Part shown: in pieces, positions 21,365-32,326 of the stretch
Layout of the letters: each line of letters begins with the position of its first letter
How positions within the stretch are numbered: the stretch's first letter is position 1
Assembly (NCBI RefSeq): GCF_001194135.2
Contig: NC_068981.1
Location: 135,271,843 to 135,311,134 of the forward strand
Origin: Octopus bimaculoides
Lineage: Eukaryota
Length of the DNA: 39,292 nucleotides
Reading direction: 5' to 3'
The notes under the pieces: generated by a model
What the model was told of the DNA's origin: nothing
The model's input: only the letters and a program-made list of their open reading frames with translations
The model's database searches: none
Made by a program: the position numbers and the translations under genes

Positions 21365-21749
21365 CTGGTGTTGCGTAACTAGCACCCATACCAGTACCAG
21401 TGGCACATAACAAGTACCTTTCAAGCATTGGGCCTCATGGAGGCAATGACAAATGACTGAGACCTTTGGTAATATACTGTGCTTGAGAAGAAGACCCACC
21501 AAGCCAAGTGAAATCGTAGTCATGGAAAATACTGGTGTTATGTCACTGGTACCCATGCTGGTGGCACATAAAAGCACTACCCATTACACTCTTGGAGTGG
21601 TTGATGTTAGGAAGGGCATCCAACTGTAGAAACCATGCCAAATCAGACTGGAGTCTGGTGCAGCCTCTCAGCTTACCAGCCCTGGTCAAACCGTCCAAAC
21701 AATGCCAGTGTAGACAATGGACATTAAATGATGATGATGATGATGATGA
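21365..21749 (+). mobile_element. RTE LINE 3' end (ORF end + 3' UTR + (ATG)n tail)
   Basis: gggcctcatggaggcaatgac...gtgcttgagaag matches 12770-12850; tail ttaggaagggcatccaactgtagaaacc...ggacattaaatgatgatga. Confidence 0.85.
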
Positions 21750-22010
21750 AACAATACAAACGCAGACACTGAAACTTGATGCAGTCCTCTGGTTTGTTGC
21801 ATCCTGTTGAAGTGTCCAGTTTATATCAGCATGGAAGACAGACATTCAATGATGATGATGATGATGATGTAGCAATATGGGATATTTTGCATTTATATCA
21901 CATTTGCAAAATTTATAATAAACCAATCAAGTTTTCATTTCAACTACAACTAATAATTTTTTAAAAGATTCATTCCTTAACATCAATGTATGTGTATCTT
22001 TGGAAATATA

Positions 22011-22754
22011 CAGAGTGTGGCAGAGAGGATGGACATCTTTGAAATGGCTGTTACTCAGCCCCAGCAGGAGGGACGTATGTCTGACAGGTACCATTCAGTC
22101 CATGGTGTCTTAACATTTTCTTTTCTTTTCAGCTGAAACCATGGCGTTGTGGATGATAGAGCATCGTATGCCTGCCTATGACAGTTACCTGAAAAATAAT
22201 GAATCAGTCAGCAATTCAGTGTGAGTTTCAGTGCCAGTTCAACATTCACCAAAACCAGGCTGTTCCCATCCGTAACACAATCTTATGTTAGGTGAATGCA
22301 CTTCATACATGAAATACACTAATGACCAGTAGGGGTGCCACAAATGGTACAGACCCCGGAAAATGTAGAACGCATCAGACAAGCTTTGATATGGAGTCCA
22401 AATCGGTCTGCTCGGAGGCATTCCATTGAATTTGGTACTGGTAATTGATTGATAAAGTGTATTTTGCATGAAGACTTGCATTTTCCACCTGTACAAATTG
22501 GTCATTTGGCAACAGTTGAAACTATGGAACTATGCACAGAGCAATGCTGGAGAGAGCAGAGGCCAACTTCCAAGAACACCTTCAGAAATGCATCAATGAA
22601 AATGGACACCACAAGATGGATGTTGTTTTCCACACTTGATTTTGACAAATGCTAATTCGATACAAACACAATGATGTCAATAAAATTTGTTTGTAGCTAA
22701 AATGAATGACTTCGTGAATTTTTCAAAAATGTCCGTCCTCTCTGCCCTACTCTG
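22011..22754 (+). mobile_element. Internally deleted Tc1/mariner-superfamily element, rosa/DD41D-like
   Basis: 34-bp TIRs (30/34 identical), TA on both sides. From ATG 22141: MALWMIEHRMPAYDSYLKNNESV...PIRNTIL...TPENVERIRQALIWSPNRSARRHSIEFG...ILHEDLHF, then the C-terminus AMLERAEANFQEHLQKCINENGHHKMDVVFHT*. Catalytic core absent, so the family call is tentative. Confidence 0.88.
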
Positions 22755-22824
22755 TATATTTGACTGCTTATATTAGCCAGCATATGTTTCTCTGTCTTTG
22801 TTTTGATTGTTTTTTTGTACTTTT

Positions 22825-22877
22825 TTGTGACTTCCTTGCTTTTGTGACTTCGTTGCTTTTTTGTGACTTCCTTGCTT
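22825..22877. repeat. Three tandem ~18-20-bp units (TTGTGACTTCCTTGCTT)
   Basis: Direct reading. Confidence 0.9.
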
Positions 22878-22908
22878 CTATTGTTGGTGAGGACTCATTC
22901 ATCTACAT

Positions 22909-23166
22909 CAGTGGTTCTCGGTCAGGTTCCATATGGCCCTTTAGGGAGTCTATACAAGATTTTTTTGCTAAAATTTACAAGTAATAAATTGCTTATACTT
23001 GTACAATACACCAAATATTTCAACAATGTTTTTAAATACAATTCCTAATAATATTTAATTATGAAAATATAATAGTCTTTTTTAAACATCAAATGACTAT
23101 GAGGTTCCAACAGAGTAAAATAAAAACCAAAGGGGTCTATTGATTAAAAGTGATTAAGAACTACTG
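22909..23166 (+). mobile_element. Charlie-type hAT MITE, copy 1
   Basis: Ends cagtggttctc...taagaactactg; 8-bp TSD atctacat / aactacat (7/8). Confidence 0.85.
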
Positions 23167-23456
23167 AACTACATGGTAAGCACAGTGGAGTTTTTAAAAT
23201 TTGAAATCACTATGGTGTGTCTTTGCATTTGGTGGTGGTGGTGGGGGTTTACAAAAGATTGTAGCTTAAAAGATTAAAAGCAAAGCTGTACCTATTGAAC
23301 AACTGTTTCCTCATTACAAAGTAAAACCAAACCAGTTTCCTGTTTACAGTACTAGAAGATGATTCATAGAAAAGCTAAAGTGAAACTTACAAAACTGAAA
23401 GATTTGCATTCTTTGCTTTGTGTAAGTTTTGGGATAAATATAAGATATATCTAAAA

Positions 23457-23691
23457 CAGTGATTCTCAGCTGGGTTCCATGAAATTTTGCTGTTAAAATT
23501 TATGTGCAATAAATTGGTTACACTTCTACAATACACAAAATATTTTAATTATTTTTTATACAATTCTTAATAATATTTAATTATAAAAGTATAATAGGAT
23601 TCTTTTTAAACATTGAATGACTCAGAGGATCCACCAGAGTTAAATAAGAACTAAAGGTCCATAGATAAAAAAAAATGGTTGAGAGCCACTG
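23457..23691 (+). mobile_element. Charlie-type hAT MITE, copy 2 (same family)
   Basis: Ends cagtgattctcagc...ggttgagagccactg; 8-bp TSD atctaaaa / atataaaa (7/8); interior aligns to copy 1. Confidence 0.88.
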
Positions 23692-23730
23692 ATATAAAAT
23701 AATCTATTCTGAAAATAATAAAACATATTT

Positions 23731-24109
23731 TTTACTTTACTTTTTACTTGTTTCAGTCATTTGACTGTGGCCATGCTGGAGCACCACCTTTAGTCGAGCA
23801 AATCAATCCCAGGACTTATTCTTTGTAAGTCTAGTTCTTATTCTATCAGTCTTTTTTGCCGAACCGCTAAGTTATGGGGATGTAAACACACTAGCATCGG
23901 TTGTCAAGCGATGTTGTGGGGGACAAACACACATATATATACATATATACGATGGGCTTCTTTCAGTTTCCGTCTAGCAAATCCACTCACAAGGCTTTGG
24001 TCAGCCCGAGGCTATAGAAGAAGACACTTGCCTAAGGTGCCATGCAGTGGGACTGAACCCGGAACCATGTGGTTGGTAAGCAAGCTACTTACCACACAGC
24101 CACTCCTGC
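23731..24109 (-). mobile_element. Full-length SINE (head type 1, tail type 1)
   Basis: Close to the reverse complement of 1929-2319. Confidence 0.93.
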
Positions 24110-26175
24110 ACCTATCTATTAAAAAATAAATGATACATTTATTCATCCCAACAAGTGAAACTTAGAAAACTGGAAGCCTTAGATTTTTTGTAAAACAATA
24201 TAGGTGTTGGCTGTGTGGTAAGAAGTTTGCTTCTCAACCATGTGGTTTTGGGTTTAGTCCCACTGAATGGCATCATTTGCAAGTGTCTTCTACTATAAAC
24301 CAGGGCTGCCCAATACCTTGTGAGTGAATTTTTAGATAAAAACTGAAAGAGGCCTGACATACATAGGCAATTATGTGGATAAACAAATTAGATATATGAA
24401 ATATATATATTTAATATATTTGATGTATCTAATTTGTTTATTTGCATAATTGCCTCTATACCTGCTCAGCTTGATCCCTCTTATAACCTTTCTTTACCTT
24501 GTGGAATGATCCACTGTAAAGACATCAGAGTCTAAGTTTGAGTCATTTGAGCACCACTAAGTGTCTTGTTCTGTACGGAAAATCTCTAGATCTCATCTGT
24601 GTGTGTGTATGTTAATTGAAATGAGACAACAAAGCCAAGGCAGTGTGAAATTTCTTGGACATTTATAAAGAGAAGGGTAGTCATACAGCTGTTTCAGGGA
24701 TATGAGGGATATCCCTTCATCAGAGACAATATGAAAGAGTTAAATAGTGGGGAAATAGTAGAGTTCAATATAAAAAGTTCTCTTGGAAAGGGAGAGATAT
24801 AGGAAGTATAAAGGAAAATAAGAGAATAAAAATATATGTTGGATGTTACAGTTGCAGTTCCATTATATACACTCACACACACATGCACGCATGCACACAC
24901 ACACACACACATGGGGTGTTGGGGCTAAATTTGACAGTTTGCATAAAAGGAAAAGTGATGGTATTTATTTCCAGTCTTCTGTGAAAACATGCCAGATCAA
25001 GAGGAATTATTGCCTAATTTAGAAGGAGAAGAGTGTTGGTGACAGCAAGAGTATCTGGCCATAGAAAATCTGCCTGAATAAAATTACATCTGACTCATTC
25101 ATGCATGGAAAAGTAGACATTAAAAAGATGTTGATTTAAAACAATATATTTTAAAAACAATAAAATATCTATCTACTCTTCTTCCTAATGAACATTATCT
25201 ATATTAAAAATGGAACATTTTTATTCCAACTGCATTTCAAAATTAATGAAAATAATATATTTTAAAAACAACAATATCATTTATTAAAAAAAAAATTCTA
25301 TATTTAAAATGGTGATGAATCTCACAAGATTGGATTGACTGTAGGCTATGGTAAAAGATCCATGTTCAAGATACTACACAGTGGGATTGAACCTGGAGCT
25401 TTGTGATTGTGATGTGAACTTTCAAACTATCTGGGTATACTATATGGTCTGACTATGACCCAAAGAATGGAGTCACTATAAAGCACATAGAGAGTATGTA
25501 CCAGGAAACAAAGATGAAAATGCACAAACATTATGGGAAGGGCAAAAACTGGTGCCAGGATATTTGACCAAAATTATATGATGCAAGGGGGCAGGGCATA
25601 TTAAGGATATCCTATTTTAAATTATCAGGAAGGTATAGCTTTTATAAAATTTCTTTTTTTTTGGTATATATCATTTCCTCATTTTTTACATGTTGTTTAT
25701 AATTACTTTGAAAGGAACAAGAGATTACTGTTTTATAGTTTTTAATAAGTATTGTTTAACCATTGTCATCATCTCTTCATTTAACATCCACTTTTCCACA
25801 CTTGCATGGGTCAAATGGAATTTGTTGAGGCAAAGTTTTTTACAGTCAAATGCCTTTCCTGTTGTCAGCCTTTATCTGTTTTCAAGCAAGGTAATATTTT
25901 CCCATAGCTAGACATGTTTTTCACAGAAGACTGGAAATGAACAACCATGCTTCTATGATGATGATGATGATGCTTATTTACAATCATCATGATCACTCTC
26001 ATGATCATATATATATCATCATCATCATCATCATTTAATGTCCATCGTTCATGCTGGCATGGGTTGAACGGTTTGATGAGAAATGGAAAGCTGAACCACA
26101 CTTGGTTTCTATGGCTGGATGCCCTTCCTAATGCCAACCACTTTACAGAGTGTGCTGGGTGATATATATTTATAT

Positions 26176-26563
26176 NNNNNNNNNNNNNNNNNNNNNNNNN
26201 NNNNNNNNNNNNNNNNNNNNNNNNNNNNNNNNNNNNNNNNNNNNNNNNNNNNNNNNNNNNNNNNNNNNNNNNNNNNNNNNNNNNNNNNNNNNNNNNNNNN
26301 NNNNNNNNNNNNNNNNNNNNNNNNNNNNNNNNNNNNNNNNNNNNNNNNNNNNNNNNNNNNNNNNNNNNNNNNNNNNNNNNNNNNNNNNNNNNNNNNNNNN
26401 NNNNNNNNNNNNNNNNNNNNNNNNNNNNNNNNNNNNNNNNNNNNNNNNNNNNNNNNNNNNNNNNNNNNNNNNNNNNNNNNNNNNNNNNNNNNNNNNNNNN
26501 NNNNNNNNNNNNNNNNNNNNNNNNNNNNNNNNNNNNNNNNNNNNNNNNNNNNNNNNNNNNNNN
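26176..26563. other. Assembly gap (N run)
   Basis: Uninterrupted Ns. Confidence 1.
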
Positions 26564-26588
26564 TATATACATATATATATATATATAT

Positions 26589-26846
26589 ATCTGTGTGTGT
26601 GTGTGTGTGTGTGTGTGCGCATGTGTGTGTGTGTGCATGTGTGTGTGTTTGTCCCCCCAACATCGCTTGACAACTGATGCTGGTGTGTTTATGCCCCTAT
26701 AACTTACCGGTTTGATAAAGAGACTGATAGAATAAGTACTAGGCTAGCAAAGAATAAGTCCTGGGATCAATTTGCTCGACTAAAGGTGGTGCTCCAGCAT
26801 GGCTGCAGTCAAATGACTGAAACAAGTAAAAGAATAAAAGAATATA
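26589..26846 (+). mobile_element. SINE tail type 1 with (TG)n
   Basis: gtttgtccccccaacatcgcttgacaactgatgctgg...gactgaaacaagtaaaagaat. Confidence 0.88.
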
Positions 26847-26850
26847 TATC

Positions 26851-26881
<31 letters not shown>

Positions 26882-26918
26882 CACATATATATATCCTTTT
26901 AACCATTGTCATCCAGTG

Positions 26919-27075
26919 TTAAAGGATAAAGAATAGTTAATGTGATGGCTCTGGATAGCAAGAGAGAAAAGTAATATAAGGAGTGGGGGAGAGTTACTCT
27001 CCCCCACTCCTTATATCAGGTTTCTCTCTTGCTATCCAGAGCCATCACATTTCTTAACCATTCTTTATCCTTTAA
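26919..27075. repeat. 157-bp near-perfect palindrome with a 1-nt spacer
   Basis: Arms of ~76-80 bp centred on gggggagagt-T(26995)-actctccccc; about 90% identical. Confidence 0.95.
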
Positions 27076-28049
27076 TATTCTTCTCCACACCCACGTTACA
27101 GTGACCAACCCATCCTCACTCTCTTGACTACCAAATTATCTCTTCCCATGTACTTTGCCTGTCTATCTGTACTGAGTTCCTGCAGCTTGTCCAAGCACAT
27201 TATCTCCCTTCTTAGAACTCAGAATGTAAAGACAAGCAAAATGTCACTAAATATTTTGTCTAGTGTGCTTATGATTCAGCCAGCATGCCACTTTGTATTA
27301 TATATGTAATAATAAAAATATATATTTGCACTTTATTGTGTTTTGTTATGCGTGTGATCCCCTTATCTGTGAAGAAAATGGCCTTTATAAAACTGGTCTG
27401 TGGTGCCAAAAACATTAGGGACTGCTGACATGCATGACTATGGCTTCAAGCTCCTGGCCCAAATGATATATAAAAAATAAAATACATATATACAATATAA
27501 ATAACATTAACAAACCAAGTACCAAATCTTACAAATTATATTTATAAGAACAGTAGCTTTAAAGCATGCAATTAACTTTTCATCTACAATTTGGTATTTA
27601 ATTTTTACATTTCTTTTACAACTAATTTCCACAAATTCATAATGCTTGATAACATTCCTACATTTATTGAAGGTAACACTACACATTTTATAACAAACAT
27701 CTCTGATTCTCAAACAAAATATAAAGTGTGTATAAAAATATGCATGTGTAAAGATATTTTTAACATTTTCAATAACAAAAACAATAAACCTGTATTTTCA
27801 AACAAAAATACTTGTTAGTGTTTGTATTGTTCCAAGTTGCAAAGATGCTCCCTTGTCACTCTCATGATCATAAAATGCAGTGAACCAGTTAAAGATATTG
27901 GAAACCTATAATCAACAATGCTATTGTTCATAAAATAAAGTATAAATTAATATACATAGTTTCTCAGTTGGTTGTCCAGTGCATTATTGGATTCTACAAT
28001 CTATGGTTTCTGACCCATCTTTACCAATAGTGGAATCTGTGATAAATGA

Positions 28050-28602
28050 AGGCGGTGAGCTGGCAGAAATGTTAGCTCGCTGGGTGAAATGCTTAGTATT
28101 TCGTCTGCTTTTATGTTCTGAGTTCAAATTCTGCCAAGGTCGACTTTGCCTTTCATCCTTTCTGGGTTGATAAATTAAGTGCCAGTGGGGTACAATTATA
28201 TGAAGCCCAATATACCCATCATGACTACCTGTCTGATAAGAGTACATCAGGCACATGTATCACAACTACATGTGTGCAACATGGTGATCTTATATCAAAA
28301 TAAACAGTGCATGACCTTGCAGGTGGGTCCCAGTTAAAATTATTTTCAGGTTGAGTAGCCCATTCCACTCAAAAGGTCCTTGAATAATGTTTGTTTAAGG
28401 ATGATGAATGAAACACCCATGTTTCCAGAGATGTATTATTCAAATCCCAAAGAATTCCTCTCAAGACATGGCTATGATGCCCCCCCCCCACTACTTCTGT
28501 TTGTGCTCAGGGATGCACATATCATCAGCCACCAAGGGATATGCTCAACTGGTTAAGCTCAAACAACTGACAAGCAAATTTGTGGTATTGAGCAGAATAT
28601 TT
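28050..28602 (+). mobile_element. SINE B head followed by a ~400-bp repeat body
   Basis: aggcggtgagctggcagaaatgttagc...ttctgagttcaaattctgcc...tcctttctgggttgataaattaagt head. That the downstream body is an abundant repeat is recalled, not shown in this window. Confidence 0.65.
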
Positions 28603-29439
28603 AAGATATAACCTATCTTTTATACCAAGACAAAACAATGTACATGATAGCACTTCCAGTCTTATTATTATTATTATAATTATTACTATCATCATTATTT
28701 TTATCATTATTATTATCTATAAGCTTATCAAAATATCTTACCTGCAGCAGCTGGGTGGAATGATTTGTTATACAGCTAATTTTGAATAAATAAATCCTGT
28801 TTCAAAAATCAATTATTAAATTAGAATTATAAGGACATGCACTAGATTTATAATTCAAGTAAAAAACATCAATCAAGTTGAATTTGTAATGTTTTGTTTG
28901 AATTTGTAACATGGAATGAGAGATTTATGTCAGTTTTAAAATGATTAAAGAGAAGTACAATCATTGTGAGACAAGGGAAGCAGACACTTAGACACATGGG
29001 CATATGTTCAAATCTTGCCACAGCAATTGTGTTGTTGTGACATAGTGGGTGATGTACCCCAAGTGAGAGGGATAAGTGATGTCAGGTGACAAAGTAGGTG
29101 AGTTGAGAAGTGTCTTTTTTGGACAGGTAGCTGGTAAGAATGGATGTCTGGAGAGGATCCTTTGGTATTCTAGCATCTGGTCAGAGGGCTGAACAGCAAA
29201 TTGAAATCAACAGTTGAAGAATTCCTTTCAGAGTTCTTTGTCAAACCAAGATAAGAAACATTTTTGTTTTTTACACTTCAGTTATTTTAAGACACAGTAC
29301 TCAGCTTGCCTCAGTTCACCAAGTTAAAAAAAAAAAGATAAAAAGGTGTGGTCCCATTTCAACAGAATAGTTATCTAATACAGCAAGGTATTTATCCAGT
29401 TGTAAGAAAATGGATTCTCCAACAATTTCCCTCTAAATA

Positions 29440-29661
29440 TACGAGGAGGTGCTGAAAAGTTCCTGGCTTTAAAGACAACACGAAAGGCCTGGTTGGGTAT
29501 CCAGACTTCCAAATTCTTTTACAGGGCTTAGAAAAACTGAAGGGACCACTGCAATAAGTGTGTGAGTCTGAGAGGGGAATGTGTTGGATAAAATCATAAT
29601 TAATTGATCCTCTGGTATTTTCTTTTATTCAAAGCCAGGAACTTTCAGCACTTGCCTCGTA
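29440..29661 (+). mobile_element. Mariner-derived MITE
   Basis: TA-cgaggaggtgctgaaaagttcctggcttt ... aaagccaggaactttcagcacttgcctcg-TA; internal remnant QGLEKL..HCNKCVSLRGE of the transposase C-terminus. Confidence 0.92.
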
Positions 29662-30494
29662 AACATTTATTAAATTACTTGTAACAAGATTTGGAGGTTG
29701 ACATGTCTGCCAGATGCTTTCAAGCTTGCTTCTCTTGGTTGACCATTAAGCACAACTTCCAGTTTGATCTCTTAATACTTCTGCTTTTTGGCATCAGCTC
29801 TGTTCCTTCCTTGATCCTCTTCTCAGTGACTTCATATTTATAACTTTATACCATTTTTTTCTTAATTGTTTAGTCAGGAGATGAAGGGCAGACCCCATGA
29901 CCTTATTTAGGGTCTCTGAGACCCTAAATATCTGCAAACAAGAAATTCTGGCCCGAATAATTATGATAGAGTGGACTTTGTCAAAGGGATAGTTGATGAT
30001 GATGATTGTGGTGTTAAGTGAGGTGATGTGTTGTATTTCAGATTTTTCTGGCAAACTTATCAAAAATCTCACTTTATTTTTTTATCTTTTAATTCCAGTG
30101 ACTCCTTACAGGATGTCCAAGAGTGATACGAGGGAGGGGTGAAGGTATCATCAAATTGGAAATCTGTCCTGCATACCTTCATTAAAGGCACCCAAAACAC
30201 CAGGTAGTGGTGTTAAACCAGATGAAAGATTAAGTCTAAAAAACTTTATTGATCTGCTTAGTATGGATATGGCATATATTGTCTTATTGATTTTCTGAAT
30301 GCTATGCAGGATTGTGATGGGTAACATGGTCGACTGGAGCAAATCCATGTAAGATCACCAGATGTTTCTCACTGAAGTAGTCTGTGATTTGTGGTCTCTT
30401 ACTTCTCTACTCCATAGGCAAGTCACAAAGCTCTGCAAAAAGTCAAAGCTACTGCCCTTCCTCCTGTGACTAAGTTATAAAATGAAATCTGCTG

Positions 30495-30650
30495 AGTGGT
30501 TAGTGTTAGGAAAGGCATGCAGCTGTAAAAATCCTGTCAGAACAGTCACAGAAGTCTTGTACAGGTTTTGGCCTGGCCAGCTCTTGTGGTACCGTTCCAC
30601 CCATGCTAGCATGGAAGACAGACATTAAACGATGATGATAATGATGATAC
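30495..30650 (+). mobile_element. RTE-type 3' tail
   Basis: gttaggaaaggcatgcagctgtaaaaa...cccatgctagcatggaagacagacattaaacgatgatga. Confidence 0.8.
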
Positions 30651-30730
30651 AGCCTTTAGTTTCTCCATGAAATCGCATCAGACGATATACTTCTGAATAA
30701 ATTTTGAGAAAAGAAAATGAAAAATATAGG

Positions 30731-31180
30731 TGTAGGCATAACTGGGTGGTTAAGATTACTTTTTAACCACATGGTTCCAGGTTCAGTCTCACTGCATGGC
30801 ACCTTAGGCTAGTGTATTCTATTATAGCCCCAGGCTGACCATTACCTTGTGAGTGAATTTGGTACACAGAAGCTGTGTGGAAGCCTGTTGTCTATGGCTA
30901 CTTGCTTATCTGTCTACCTATGTATGTACGTACACGTGTGTGATGTATATGTGTGTGTGTGTTTTCTTCCACAATGTATATGTGTGTGTGTGTATGCTTT
31001 CCTCCAAACAAGTGCTGGCTTGTTTAAGTTCCTGCAACTTAGCAGTTCAGCAAAAGAGACTGATATAATAAGTACAGGATTTAGAAAAAAAATTAGTGCT
31101 AGGGTCAATTTGTTTAACTAAAATACTTCAAGGCTCCAGCATGTCCGCAGTCCAATGGCTAAAACAATAAAAAGATAAAA
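30731..31180 (+). mobile_element. SINE (head type 1, tail type 1 variant)
   Basis: ggttcagtctcactgcatggcaccttagg core; ttagcagttcagcaaaagagactgata tail. Confidence 0.85.
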
Positions 31181-31409
31181 TACGTAGTCAAGTATGAAAC
31201 AACAAATTTGAGGATTAATAGCTTACTCTGCTTCTAAGTATAAAGTGGTTGGTAAACAAATGAGGACAAAGATAAGATTGGGAGGATTCTTTAGTCTTGC
31301 CAATGATATGATGGGAAGTAGATATTTTCGCAAAGCTGTTTTGGTACCATTTATTTGATACCAGATGATTTAAGGTTTATACTTCTTTTAAAATGTCTCA
31401 AATTCTCAA

Positions 31410-31628
31410 AGGTAGTGAGCTGGAAGAATTGTTAGCATATTGAGTAAAATGCTTTGTGGTATTTCATCCATCCTTACGTTCTGAGTTCTAATTCCACCAA
31501 AGTTGACTTTGTGTTTCATCCTTTTGGTGTCGATAAAATAAGTACCAGTTGAGCACTGGGGTTGATGTAATCGACTTACACCTTCCCCTAAAACTGCTGG
31601 CCTTGTGCCAAAATTTGAAACCAATATT
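31410..31628 (+). mobile_element. SINE family B
   Basis: aggtagtgagctggaagaattgttagc...gtcgataaaataagtaccagttgagcactggg...gaaaccaatatt. Confidence 0.88.
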
Positions 31629-31945
31629 TCTCTCATTCTCTCCCTCATCCTGTGTGTGAGCATATTTCCCATTGCGTATATGAGGAGAGGAAAAGTGTTT
31701 GAGTCAATTGTGTTCAATTAATGGATTGTAGTGTCTCTCTCTCTCTCTCTCTCTTATCAACTGTATGTGTATATTTGTGTCCTCATGCATTTGTGTGTTT
31801 GCATCTATTGTCAAAATAGTGCTGTTGCCAAAACAGGCTGAATAACCAGTCAGCTGTTCGAAATCATCATCATCCAAGCAGTCACTCCTAACTGTCTCAT
31901 TCTGTGATAGGACAACCCTTCTTGTACTGGTGCCACAATTTAGGC

Positions 31946-32326
31946 TGGCACTCCGTCACTTACGATGTTGAGTGTTCCAGTTGATTCAATCAACGGAACA
32001 GCCTGCTTGTGAAATTAACGTGCAAGTGGCTGAGCACTCCATAGACACGTGTACCCTTAACATAGTTCTCAGGGATATTCAGCGTGACACAGAGTGTGAC
32101 AAGGCTGGCCCTTTGAATTACAGGCACAACAGAAACAGGAAGAAAGAGTGAGAGAAAGTTGTGGTGGAAGAGTACAACAGGGTTCACCACCATCCCCTGC
32201 CGGAGCCTTGTGGAGCTTTAGGTGTTTTCGCTCAATAAACACTCACAACGCCCGGTCTGGGAATCGAAACTGCGATCCTATGACCGTGGGTCCGCTGCCC
32301 TAACCACTGGGCCATTGTGCCTCCAC
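31946..32326 (-). mobile_element. Full-length tRNA-derived SINE family C
   Basis: Minus strand: gtggaggcacaatggcccagtggttagggcagcgg...gtttcgattcccagaccgggc, a clear tRNA-like head with A- and B-boxes; tail shared with 16820-16995. Confidence 0.9.

Noticed and set aside
23350-23421. AG...GTAAGT-bounded 72-nt candidate host exon
   Set aside because: Stop codons in all three frames.
30099-30203. Candidate exon after a strong polypyrimidine-AG
   Set aside because: Stops in all three frames and a weak donor.
32240-32326. tRNA-like sequence with good A- and B-boxes (and similar heads elsewhere)
   Set aside because: Each continues into a SINE core and tail and lacks a clean cloverleaf and terminator, so these are SINE heads, not tRNA genes.
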